A model generated the notes under the pieces. The model was not told the origin of the DNA. It was given only the letters and a program-made list of their open reading frames with translations, and made no database searches. From Puniceicoccales bacterium (lineage in GTDB: Bacteria > Verrucomicrobiota > Verrucomicrobiia > Opitutales > JAIRLG01): a stretch of DNA of 32,000 nucleotides. The DNA is taken from the NCBI GenBank assembly GCA_031288595.1, contig JAITRB010000004.1, forward strand, positions 1 to 32,000. Direction: 5' to 3'. The translations under genes were made by a program, and so were the position numbers. Below, in pieces: positions 15,692 to 24,103 of the stretch; the stretch's first letter is position 1, and every line of letters begins with the position of its first letter.

Positions 15692-17890
15692 ATGTCCGTC
15701 ATCGTACAGGGTAATCTGGAACGCATTCTCTTCCGCTGCGAAGAAAATGCCTATATGGTCGGCCGGCTACGCCCATCGGGACCAGAGCAGGGAGAGGCCG
15801 TTGTTTTCTGCGGGACCTTCCCCAGCGTCCAGTGCGGAGAACGGCTTTCCCTAAAGGGTGAGTGGAAGGAACATCCCACCTACGGCCGTCGTCTGGAGGT
15901 AAATGCCTTCGAAGTCCAGCTCCCATCGGACTTATATGGCCTCGAGCGCTATCTGGCGAATGGATTTGCCAGTGGCATTGGCAAATCCTATGCCGCGAGA
16001 ATCGTCCAACATTTCGGTCCCGAGACCTTCGAAGTGCTCTCCCGTGACATCGGCCGCCTGAATGAGGTGCCGGGTATTGGGGCACGGCGGGTAGCCCTGA
16101 TACGCAAGGCCTGGGAGGATCAGGTTCAGATGCGCGACCTCTCCATCTTCCTCCAGAGCTACGAAATTTCCCAGTCGCTCTGCCAAAAGCTCCACAAGAC
16201 CTATGGCGACCAGGCGCGCTCGGTGCTGGAAAAGGATCCCTATCGCGTCGCTCGCGAGGTCGCGGGCATCGGCTTCAAAACGGCCGACCGCATGGCCAGG
16301 AACCTCGGCATTTCGGACGAAGCCTCGGTGCGTCTGGAGGCCGGACTCTTCTACAGCTTCGAGACGGAGGAAATGAATGGGCATACCTGTCTCGAGCGCA
16401 GTACTTTGATTCACACTGCCCAGAATCTGCTAGGAGTAGGGGAGGATCTCATCGAGGCCCAGCTCGACCTCCTGCAGCAGTACGGTAAAATCCATCTCCT
16501 TCCCAGTGGCCGTCTGCAGTTGGCACATTTCAAGGTCGCCGAGGAGACGATTGCCTTCCTCTTGAAACGACTCCTACAGAGAAAATCTCCCTCTCTGGGG
16601 ACCATCGATGGGGACGCGGCCGTGGCCTGGGCCCAGCGTCGGGAGGGATTCGTCTTCGCCGAGGAACAACTGCTCGGCCTGCGCTCGGCGCTGACGAAAA
16701 AGGTTTCGGTCCTGACCGGTGGGCCCGGGACGGGCAAGACCACGCTGCTGCGCGCCCTGGTCGCCATTCTACGGGCGAAGCACATCGCCGTCGCCCTGGC
16801 CGCCCCTACTGGCCGCGCGGCCCAGCGCCTGGCCGAAGCGACGGGCACTCCGGCCAAAACCATCCACAAGCTCCTGCAATTCCGAACGGATGTGGAGGAG
16901 CGCCGGTTCATGCACAACGAGGGATGTCCGCTGAACCTGGACTATCTCATCGTGGACGAGATGAGTATGCTCGACACGCGCCTGGCTGCCTCGCTGCTGC
17001 GGGCGGTGCCGGAAACCGCCTGCGTACTCTTTGTCGGAGACAGCGACCAGTTGCCTTCGGTGGGGGCTGGCAATGTCCTCAGCGACCTGATGCAATCCGG
17101 AGTCCTACCCGTCGTTCGCCTCCGGAAGGTCTTTCGCCAGGACGATGTGAGCTCCATCGTGCACGTGGCCCATGCCGTCATTGCTGGTAATACGACCCTG
17201 AGCGGGATCAGTGCTGATCTGTCGGCCATCCAGCCTCGGGACGATTTCCATTTCATCCTGGCGGATTCGCCTGAAGATTGCATCGAGAAGACGAAGCAGC
17301 TCTGCCTGCTCTGCCTACCGAGCTGGTACGACATCTGCCCGCAGCGGGACGTCCAAATCCTGGTCCCCCTCTACAGGGGCAGCGTTGGCATCGATCGTTT
17401 TAACGAGATCTTTCAGTCTCTCTATGCCCAGGAGGGCACACAGGTGCCTTGGATGCACCTGCGCCTGGGGGACAAGGTGCTCCAGACACGCAACAACTAC
17501 GAAAAGGGCATTTTCAACGGTGATCTCGGGTTCATCCGAGAACTACGGGCATCGGAGAGGAAAATCGTCGTGGATTTCGACGGAGGGGATGTCGAGCTGG
17601 GCGCGGCGGAAATCGGGGATCTCTCCCTGGCCTATGCGATCAGCATTCACAAATCGCAGGGCAGCGAATTCCCCATCGTCGTGATGCCGCTCCTCTTCCA
17701 GCATTTCATCATGCTCCAGCGCAACCTGCTCTACACCGGTATTTCCCGCGGACGCCACAAGGTCTTCATCATCGGTGACCCGAAGGCCTATGCGGCAGCC
17801 GTCAGAAATCAAGGGAGTGTCCAGCGCTCGACGGGCCTGCAGGATCTCCTTCGCTCGATAGGCTCTCCGTCCGAAGGGCATGGGTCATGA
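15692..17890 (+). CDS. recD2: ATP-dependent RecD-like DNA helicase (RecD2 type)
   Basis: Track ORF 15497..17890. The conserved sequence begins at MSVIVQGNLERILFRCEENAYMVGRL (ATG 15692), an OB-like N-terminus. HhH region GIGKSYAARIV / GIGARRV; Walker A GGPGTGKTT; LIVDEMSMLD; SIHKSQGSEFP; LLYTGISRG. The upstream extension reads through repeat R7. Confidence 0.88.
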   Translation: MSVIVQGNLERILFRCEENAYMVGRLRPSGPEQGEAVVFCGTFPSVQCGERLSLKGEWKEHPTYGRRLEVNAFEVQLPSDLYGLERYLANGFASGIGKSYAARIVQHFGPETFEVLSRDIGRLNEVPGIGARRVALIRKAWEDQVQMRDLSIFLQSYEISQSLCQKLHKTYGDQARSVLEKDPYRVAREVAGIGFKTADRMARNLGISDEASVRLEAGLFYSFETEEMNGHTCLERSTLIHTAQNLLGVGEDLIEAQLDLLQQYGKIHLLPSGRLQLAHFKVAEETIAFLLKRLLQRKSPSLGTIDGDAAVAWAQRREGFVFAEEQLLGLRSALTKKVSVLTGGPGTGKTTLLRALVAILRAKHIAVALAAPTGRAAQRLAEATGTPAKTIHKLLQFRTDVEERRFMHNEGCPLNLDYLIVDEMSMLDTRLAASLLRAVPETACVLFVGDSDQLPSVGAGNVLSDLMQSGVLPVVRLRKVFRQDDVSSIVHVAHAVIAGNTTLSGISADLSAIQPRDDFHFILADSPEDCIEKTKQLCLLCLPSWYDICPQRDVQILVPLYRGSVGIDRFNEIFQSLYAQEGTQVPWMHLRLGDKVLQTRNNYEKGIFNGDLGFIRELRASERKIVVDFDGGDVELGAAEIGDLSLAYAISIHKSQGSEFPIVVMPLLFQHFIMLQRNLLYTGISRGRHKVFIIGDPKAYAAAVRNQGSVQRSTGLQDLLRSIGSPSEGHGS

Positions 17891-18965
17891 GTCCCAGAAG
17901 GGCGTAGACAGCGATGAGGTTAGAACCTCCATAGCTGAGGAAGGGGAGGGAAATGCCCTTGGTCGGGAAGCAGGCGGTGACGACGCCCATATTGAGGATG
18001 GACTGGTAAACGATCATGAAAATGGTCCCATAACCCAGGATGCGGGCGAAGAGGGATTCCTGTCGCTGCAGACCGGACAAAACGCTCAGGAAAAGGAGAG
18101 AGAAGAGGCCGATGATGAGCATTCCGCCGATGCAGCCCAGCTCTTCGACCAGTACGGCATAGATGAAATCCGTATGGGCCTCAGGTAGATAGGTGAGCTG
18201 CTGCCGCCCATGGCCGATGCCCCGTCCCCAGGGCCCACCGGAGACGAAGGCGAGGATGGCTTGCCACAACTGGTAGGAGCCATCGCTGCGGTTCCCCTCC
18301 AGGTCGAGAAAGGAGATGATGCGCTTGAGCCGAGGAGGGTTTCGCCACACGAGCAGGGTGAAGAGGAGCAGGAAAGCAGCAGCCGATAGGAGCAGGTGCC
18401 TGATTTTGGCTCCGCCCAGAAAGAGCAGCGTTACGGCTACGGCCAGGAGAAGGACGGCTGTGCCGTAGTCCGGTTCGAGCAGAACAAGACCAGCCCAGAA
18501 CGAACAGAAGAGAATGGGCTTAAAAAATCCCTTCCAGAAACTATCCATCCATTCCGCATTTTTCTCGATGTAGTCCGCGAGCCAGAGGACGAGGGCGATC
18601 TTGCTCAATTCCGATACCTGAATGCTGACGAAGCAGTGAATCCAGCGCCGCGAGCCGTTGACTTTTGTCCCTAAGCCTGGGATCAGCACCGCCACTAAAA
18701 GGCCGAGCGAAATCCAGACCCAGAAGGGGAGGGATTTCCTCAGCTTTTCCACTGGGATGAGGGCCGTTAGGCAGAAGGCATTCAGGGCCAAAACTAACCA
18801 GGCGAGCTGCTTGAGGGCGTAATTCTCCGACTTGAGAAAGGCAAGGCTAGCGCTGGAGAGGATGACGAAGCCCATGACGTTCAGGAGCAGCGCCAGCAGA
18901 ATGCAGAAGCATTCCCTTTTCCTCTTTCTAAAAAAAAGGCCGCTCGAGAGAAATTCGAAGTTCAT
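17802..18965 (-). CDS. ftsW: SEDS-family peptidoglycan glycosyltransferase FtsW
   Basis: 387-aa polytopic ORF with SEDS motifs (QLSELSKI-like VSELSKIALVLW, EPDYGTAV, LPEAHTDFIYAVL.EELG, TKGISLPFLSYGGS). Called FtsW rather than RodA because it sits in a murD-containing operon. Confidence 0.85.
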   Translation of the reverse strand: MNFEFLSSGLFFRKRKRECFCILLALLLNVMGFVILSSASLAFLKSENYALKQLAWLVLALNAFCLTALIPVEKLRKSLPFWVWISLGLLVAVLIPGLGTKVNGSRRWIHCFVSIQVSELSKIALVLWLADYIEKNAEWMDSFWKGFFKPILFCSFWAGLVLLEPDYGTAVLLLAVAVTLLFLGGAKIRHLLLSAAAFLLLFTLLVWRNPPRLKRIISFLDLEGNRSDGSYQLWQAILAFVSGGPWGRGIGHGRQQLTYLPEAHTDFIYAVLVEELGCIGGMLIIGLFSLLFLSVLSGLQRQESLFARILGYGTIFMIVYQSILNMGVVTACFPTKGISLPFLSYGGSNLIAVYALLGLMTHALRTESLSSEGDPAGPSSAGHSLDF

Positions 18966-20008
18966 CCCTCAGGGCAGACCTGCACGACCGGAATCGCATC
19001 GATGTCCTCCTTGAAAAAATCGGGGTCTTCCATGAGCCTGGTGTAGCTGGACTGAGGCGCGCGGGAGGCCACATTGCCCGATGTAGTCGGTATACAGCCC
19101 ACCGTTTCAAGGGCTTGGGTCGTTTCCGTGAAGGTCGTTTCCGTCGAAGGGCCAGCCGGATGGATGAGAAGCTTCTGCCCGATTTGGAGATTTTTCGGAT
19201 CGCTGATGTGGTTGAGCTCCTGCAGTTCAGAAAAGGTGGTGCCGGTCTTCTTGGCGATGGAAAAAAGCGAATCGCCCCGCTTGACGGTATAGCTCCCGTT
19301 GGCATCGCTGTAGGCCTGAGCCAGTGGCGCAGGATCTTTATGCTTGATGAATTCTGTCTTTCTAGAGGCACTACAAGCCGCTGCCGTTTCCGCCTGGCTC
19401 GGGATCTTCAGCACTTTCCCGACCAGGATACGGTCATTCCGGAGATGATTGACGCTCTTGAGGGAGGCCACCGTCGTAGCGTGGCGCTGGGCGATTTTGA
19501 AGAGCGTATCCCCTGGTCGGACCGTGTACTTTCCGTCGATGGCCAGCGCCTCGAGGGCGTCAATCTGGACACCCGGGAGGATGATTCTCTGGCCAGGGTA
19601 AATGGGGACGCCCTTACCCAGATGGTTCTCCTCGATGAGCTCTTGCAGGGAAAGCTTGAAGCGGCGGGCAATACCACAGAGCGTATCTCCCTTCTGGACG
19701 ACGTAGTCCGTCTGCGGCCTGAGGACTTTCGGCTCCGGAGCCGATGGAGCGATCTCCTCTTTGAGTTCCGGTTCCGGGTAGTACCAAATGGGACGTAGGG
19801 GCTCTGCGCGCACAGCGGGGGCCGGAGCGGATACCACCAGAGTCGATGGGACAGCAGTACTCCTCTCCGGAGGGAGTGTATCCTCCGGGCAGGGTCCTTT
19901 TTCCTGTGAATTGAATGGAAGTTGCAGGGTATCGCATCCGCCCAGGCCCAAGAGGAGCAGCAGGATGGGGCCCCGTCTGAGCGAACGATAAGGCGCGAAA
20001 GACTTCAT
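18962..20008 (-). CDS. LysM-repeat lipoprotein (3 LysM domains)
   Basis: Track ORF 18962..20056. ATG 20008 gives MKSFAPYRSLRRGPILLLLLGLGGC with a lipobox L-G-G-C. There are three LysM units (YVVQKGDTLCGIARRF.., YTVRPGDTLFKIAQRH.., YTVKRGDSLFSIAKKT..) and no recognisable catalytic domain. The stop overlaps the ftsW start as ATGA (18962-18965). Confidence 0.8.
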   Translation of the reverse strand: MKSFAPYRSLRRGPILLLLLGLGGCDTLQLPFNSQEKGPCPEDTLPPERSTAVPSTLVVSAPAPAVRAEPLRPIWYYPEPELKEEIAPSAPEPKVLRPQTDYVVQKGDTLCGIARRFKLSLQELIEENHLGKGVPIYPGQRIILPGVQIDALEALAIDGKYTVRPGDTLFKIAQRHATTVASLKSVNHLRNDRILVGKVLKIPSQAETAAACSASRKTEFIKHKDPAPLAQAYSDANGSYTVKRGDSLFSIAKKTGTTFSELQELNHISDPKNLQIGQKLLIHPAGPSTETTFTETTQALETVGCIPTTSGNVASRAPQSSYTRLMEDPDFFKEDIDAIPVVQVCPEG

Positions 20009-20065
20009 TGGATACTCAGAAAAAGGTGATGAAAGAACGGCGGAAGCAATTAACACAAAGAGCTT

Positions 20066-21346
20066 TCATGACAAACTTAAAATGAGTTTTTCAAACGTTT
20101 TCCCGCGCTCCGCGAAATCCTTGAACTGGTCAAAGCTCGGATAGCCCGGGCTGAAGAGAACGGTGTTGCCCTGTGGCTCGAGCAGAGGATGGGCCATGGC
20201 ATCGTCCAGGGCCCGTTCGAGTGTTTTGGAAAGAGTGGTCATTACACCCCTCTCTTGCAGGAGAGGGGTGAGCACGGCACCCTCCTCGCCGATGAGGAAG
20301 GCATGGGCGACATGGAGATGGATTTCCCGCAAAAATGCCTCTTTGGGCTCTCCCTTATCCCGCCCACCGCCGATCCAGAGGATGGGCGATGGGAACTGGC
20401 GGAAGGCGGCAATGGTAGAGGCAAAAGTGGTCGACTTGGCATCGTTCCAGAAAGTTCTGTTGTCCCGAGTGATCAGGCGCTGGAGCCGGTAGGGCAGTGG
20501 CTGAAAGCTAAGGGCAGCCCGTAATAAGGTTTCGACGGGCAAGGACCATTGCCGCCAAAACGCCTGGATGAGGGCGATGTTCTCCCTCTGCGGGGCGAGC
20601 TCGAAGACGGTATTTTGCCAGCGCAGGTCATCCCGCACAGGCGGACAGATTTGGGTGAAATCCGGCAGAGTACAGCGGAATTCCCGCGCGTGCTGGGCCA
20701 CGCTCTCGCCGCAGAAAAACTGCGAAGTTCTCAGGGAAGAGAGCAGGTGGTATTTCGCCAAAAAGTAGCGCTGCAGGTTGCCGTGCTCATGGAGGTGATT
20801 GGGCGCAAAATTCGTCCAGAGAAGCGCCTGCAGTGGCGTGCTCCGCATGTGCTCTGCCTGGGCCGAACTGATCTCGCAGATGACCCAATCCTCCTCGGCT
20901 GGCGGACATTCGGAGGCGATGAGCTCCGAAAGGGCCTGGCCGATGTTGCCCGCTGTGAAGCTGCGCAGGCCCAGGGATTGGAGAGCGTGGGCCAGGAAGG
21001 CGACAGTGGTCGTCTTGCCATTGGTCCCCGTGACCCCTATCAGTTTTGCCCGGGTAAAGCGCGAGGCGAAGTCGAACTCCTGAAGACATTGGCAGCCGGA
21101 GCTTTCAGCCAATTGTACCCAGGGGTGCTGGGAGAGAAAGCTCGGGCTGCAGAGGATCAAGCGGTGTTGCCGAGCCCGTTCCTCATCGAAGAGAAGGGCC
21201 CGAGAGGGATTTTGGTCATAGAGCTCGTAGGAGATGCTGTGGCGCTTGAGGAACTGAACGATGCCCCTCGCCGTCACACCGGCCCCGAAGATTCCGATAG
21301 GGTGGCCACCGGAAATCTGAATAATGCTCTCTCTTGCGTTCGACAT
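20066..21346 (-). CDS. murD: UDP-N-acetylmuramoylalanine--D-glutamate ligase
   Basis: 426-aa ORF. Mur ligase P-loop GVTGTNGKTTT and a C-terminal domain with the GGRDKG motif. N-terminal Rossmann GIFGAGVTARG. Confidence 0.9.
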   Translation of the reverse strand: MSNARESIIQISGGHPIGIFGAGVTARGIVQFLKRHSISYELYDQNPSRALLFDEERARQHRLILCSPSFLSQHPWVQLAESSGCQCLQEFDFASRFTRAKLIGVTGTNGKTTTVAFLAHALQSLGLRSFTAGNIGQALSELIASECPPAEEDWVICEISSAQAEHMRSTPLQALLWTNFAPNHLHEHGNLQRYFLAKYHLLSSLRTSQFFCGESVAQHAREFRCTLPDFTQICPPVRDDLRWQNTVFELAPQRENIALIQAFWRQWSLPVETLLRAALSFQPLPYRLQRLITRDNRTFWNDAKSTTFASTIAAFRQFPSPILWIGGGRDKGEPKEAFLREIHLHVAHAFLIGEEGAVLTPLLQERGVMTTLSKTLERALDDAMAHPLLEPQGNTVLFSPGYPSFDQFKDFAERGKTFEKLILSLS

Positions 21347-21513
21347 GTCAGCGGGGCAGCTTTCTTTCTATCCTTTAGCCGAGAAAAGGCAAATTTCAAA
21401 GAAGGAGGAAGCCCCGGATTTTTAGAAAAATGCCCCTCGGGACTCTCACAGTTCAGGGGAAAATGTTTGGGAGGATGGAAGGCGGCCATTGGCATCCGTC
21501 CTCGCATGGGCCT

Positions 21514-22092
21514 CTATACGGGATTGCCAAAGCTCTCCGGATGCTCCTCCATATGGAGTTTCAGAGAGAGAAGCGCATGGAGGGTGACGCCGCTGTCGAT
21601 GCGGCCATCGCGGACATGGGCCCAGAGCTTTTCCAGGGGGATGGAGCGATAGCTGATCTCTTCCATCGGATCCAGTTGCTGGGGACCGACGGAGTGGCAC
21701 TGGCGGACGAGAACCGTGAAGAGCCGATGCTTGATGAGGGCAGGATTCGGGTAAATTGCCGAGAGGAGCTTGGGTTGAAGGCCGGCATAGCCCGTTTCCT
21801 CCCGTAATTCTCGGGCCGCTGCGGTGAGAGGGTCCTCATCGGGATCCACGATCCCGCCCGGGAGTTCCAGCGAGAGGCATTTGCTTGCGAAGCGAAACTG
21901 TTGCACGAGCAGGATTTCTTCCCCCGGTGTCAGGGCGATGACCTGGACGCAGTCCGGGCATTCCAGGGTGAAGAAATCGCCTTCCCGACCATCTGTCGGA
22001 TGGATGCAGTGTTCGCTGTAAGCTTTGAAAACAGGGATATCGGCGATCAATTGGCGCCGAGCGACCCTCCAGATGGCGGGAGGATGAGACAT
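21514..22092 (-). CDS. NUDIX hydrolase (ADP-ribose pyrophosphatase-like)
   Basis: 192-aa ORF with the Nudix box GGIVDPDEDPLTAAARELREETGY. Confidence 0.85.
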   Translation of the reverse strand: MSHPPAIWRVARRQLIADIPVFKAYSEHCIHPTDGREGDFFTLECPDCVQVIALTPGEEILLVQQFRFASKCLSLELPGGIVDPDEDPLTAAARELREETGYAGLQPKLLSAIYPNPALIKHRLFTVLVRQCHSVGPQQLDPMEEISYRSIPLEKLWAHVRDGRIDSGVTLHALLSLKLHMEEHPESFGNPV

Positions 22093-22170
22093 GGCCGAGA
22101 GGAGATGGGATCCTCCCGAGCTCTGTCAATCGTCGGTGAGGGAAAAATGATCATGGGCTTGGTTTGTGCA

Positions 22171-22282
22171 GCGCGATGACCCCTTTGCGAAGCAAAGGGG
22201 AAGACAGGCATCTCGCCGGGGCGAGATGCCTGTCTTCCGGTGGGAGCCCGAATGACCTTCGGGCTCCCACCGGTCATCGCGC
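22171..22282 (+). repeat. Cloverleaf palindromic element copy R9 (subfamily with R8)
   Basis: 11-bp closing stem GCGCGATGACC / GGTCATCGCGC. Hairpins: 22182-22198 (CCTTTGC-GAA-GCAAAGG), 22200-22237 (18-bp arms GAAGACAGGCATCTCGCC / GGCGAGATGCCTGTCTTC), 22239-22271 (GGTGGGAGCCCGAA-TGACC-TTCGGGCTCCCACC). Lies between the divergent Nudix gene and accA. Confidence 0.85.
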
Positions 22283-22432
22283 AAAAAAACACCTCCACTA
22301 CAGCACTTCTCCCCTTCCCCAAAACAGATCATCCATAACAAAACATCCTCATTTTTCAGTTGCTGTGCTCCTGTCGACCCCTTGGATGCCCCTCCGACCT
22401 TCGGAAAGAGGATCGATACTTGGAGATCTGAA

Positions 22433-23374
22433 ATGAGTCCGGACAAAATACTCCTGGAAAAATCCGAACCCTGCGTCTGGAATCCATCTGAGGCATCCCT
22501 CGCTGAGAGGGAGACACCTCCCTTCAGTGCCTGGGAGAATGTACGGCTCGCACGGCATCCGGAGCGGCCACAGGCTTTGGATTTCATCCATGCACTTTTC
22601 GAAAACTTTCAGGAACTGCACGGCGATCGCCATTTCGGTGACGACGGCGCGATGCTGGCCGGCACGGCCTATTTTCAGGGCGAGCCGGTGATGCTCATCG
22701 GGGAACAGAAGGGGCGTACGATCCAGGAAAAGCTGAAGCACCGCTTCGGCTCTCCCCAAGCGGAGGGTTACAGAAAAGCGCTGCGCCTGATGCAGCTGGC
22801 CGACAGATTTCATCTGCCCATCGTCAGCTTCGTCGACAGCCCGGGTGCCTACCCAGGTATCGGGTCGGAGGAACGCCATGTCGCCGAGGCCATCGCGCTC
22901 AATTTAAGGGAGATGATGGGATTCTCCGTCCCCATCATCGCCATTGTGATCGGCGAGGGCGGTTCCGGTGGTGCCCTGGGCATCGCTGTGGCCGACCGCG
23001 TCCTGGTTTTGGAACATGCTTATTACTCGGTCATCTCCCCCGAGGCCTGTGCGGCTATTTTGTGGCGGGACCGTTCCCTCGCGCCGGAGGCGGCGGAGGC
23101 CCTCCAGCTCTCATCCGAACATCTCACTACCTGGGGGGTGGCGGACGAAATTATTGCCGAGAGCTCCGAGGCTGCCCATGTAAGCCCAACCGAGAGTTTC
23201 GAAGCTGTCAGGACAGCATTGCTCAAATGTCTTGCCGAAGTCTCGGCCTGGCCAGCCGAGGAGCGAATGGAACGGCGCTATCGGCGCTTCCGCGCCCTGG
23301 GATGCTATGCCTCTAAGGATTACCCAGATTTTCAGGAAATCGGGAGGAAGAGCCCTGACTCCCCTGGGAACTAA
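22433..23374 (+). CDS. accA: Acetyl-CoA carboxylase carboxyltransferase subunit alpha
   Basis: AWENVRLARHPERPQALDFI, GDRHFGDDGAMLAG, FVDSPGAYPGIGSEERHVAEAIA and IVIGEGGSGGALG match AccA. The start is ATG 22433, or TTG 22382 as in the track. Confidence 0.9.
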   Translation: MSPDKILLEKSEPCVWNPSEASLAERETPPFSAWENVRLARHPERPQALDFIHALFENFQELHGDRHFGDDGAMLAGTAYFQGEPVMLIGEQKGRTIQEKLKHRFGSPQAEGYRKALRLMQLADRFHLPIVSFVDSPGAYPGIGSEERHVAEAIALNLREMMGFSVPIIAIVIGEGGSGGALGIAVADRVLVLEHAYYSVISPEACAAILWRDRSLAPEAAEALQLSSEHLTTWGVADEIIAESSEAAHVSPTESFEAVRTALLKCLAEVSAWPAEERMERRYRRFRALGCYASKDYPDFQEIGRKSPDSPGN

Positions 23375-23394
23375 GGAGATCAGGAATTTTCTTG

Positions 23395-23493
23395 TTTTCG
23401 CTGTCTTTGGATTCCGAAGGAATTGCCCGCTGCGCGGGCTACGAGGAGGCGCTGGCGCAAGCGCCAGCACCTCCTCACCAAAGACAGCGAAAA
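23395..23493 (+). repeat. Cloverleaf palindromic element copy R3
   Basis: 16-bp closing stem TTTTCGCTGTCTTTGG / CCAAAGACAGCGAAAA. H1 ATTCC-GAA-GGAAT (23411-23423); H2 GCCCGC-TGC-GCGGGC (23425-23439); H3 GAGGAGGCGCTGGCGC-AA-GCGCCAGCACCTCCTC (23443-23476, one C:A). Lies between convergent accA and the small ORF downstream of rbfA. Confidence 0.9.
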
Positions 23494-23574
23494 ATGATGC
23501 TGCGCCCTCGGGAACGGTCCACCATGGGGCTCGTCGCGAAGACCGAAGGACCCAAGAATACGGAGTTTTCTCCC

Positions 23575-23724
23575 TCAGAACCCACCCATCATCGGCAGGG
23601 GCGAGGCCTCCCAGGCGCTGGGCCTAGCCCAGGGGATGGCGCTCTCCTTGGAGCGCGAGGAACTGCAGGCATTCAGGCCAAGTACCAGCAGGGCTACGAG
23701 AAGAAGTGGCAGTCGTACCGTCAT
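23575..23724 (-). CDS. Small (49 aa) secreted or lipoprotein-like ORF, translationally coupled to rbfA
   Basis: Hand-translated; too short for the ORF track. Sequence MTVRLPLLLVALLVLGLNACSSSRSKESAIPWARPSAWEASPLPMMGGF*. It has a classical signal peptide with Cys at position 20. Its ATG overlaps the rbfA TGA as ATGA (23721-23724). Confidence 0.4.
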   Translation of the reverse strand: MTVRLPLLLVALLVLGLNACSSSRSKESAIPWARPSAWEASPLPMMGGF

Positions 23725-24098
23725 GTCTGTGGACTGGAGTTGAGGTTCCCATCTACCTGATCTTCAGCGGCGATTTCCGCCAATAGGGAGGAGACCCGCA
23801 GCTCCTCTTGATGGGAATCGTCGATGGCAAACTGCAGTTCCGGTGAGAATTTGAGCACGACCTCCCGACTGAGCCGCCGTCGCAGCTCCGATTTCTTACA
23901 CCGCAGCCAGCGCCACACCTTCTTCTGAGCATTTTCATCGCCCAGGAGGCTGACATAGATATTCACGTGGCGCAGGTCATTGGAACTCACGACTCGGGTC
24001 AGGGTAATGGCCATCGCTTCCTCGCGGTAATACTTCCTCAAAATGCCGCCAAGCGCGGACTGCAGGAGAGCATTGACCCGTTCCACCCGGAAGTGCAT
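23721..24098 (-). CDS. rbfA: Ribosome-binding factor A
   Basis: 125-aa ORF. RVERVNALLQSALGGIL....ITLTRVVSSNDLRHVNIYVS matches RbfA. It sits immediately downstream of infB, the canonical position. Confidence 0.9.
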   Translation of the reverse strand: MHFRVERVNALLQSALGGILRKYYREEAMAITLTRVVSSNDLRHVNIYVSLLGDENAQKKVWRWLRCKKSELRRRLSREVVLKFSPELQFAIDDSHQEELRVSSLLAEIAAEDQVDGNLNSSPQT

Positions 24099-24103
24099 GA
24101 GGC

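Noticed and set aside
20549-21652. 367-aa + strand ORF antisense to murD
   Set aside because: murD on the minus strand has an unambiguous Mur-ligase signature. The + strand product has no motifs and runs on through an intergenic region into the Nudix gene.
23395-23493. The elements as canonical Rho-independent (bidirectional) terminators
   Set aside because: No copy has a T-run immediately 3' of the closing stem or of the last hairpin on either strand; R3 is flanked 5'-TTTT...AAAA-3' on both strands. Three copies also lie between divergent genes. A non-canonical role in termination or processing is not excluded.
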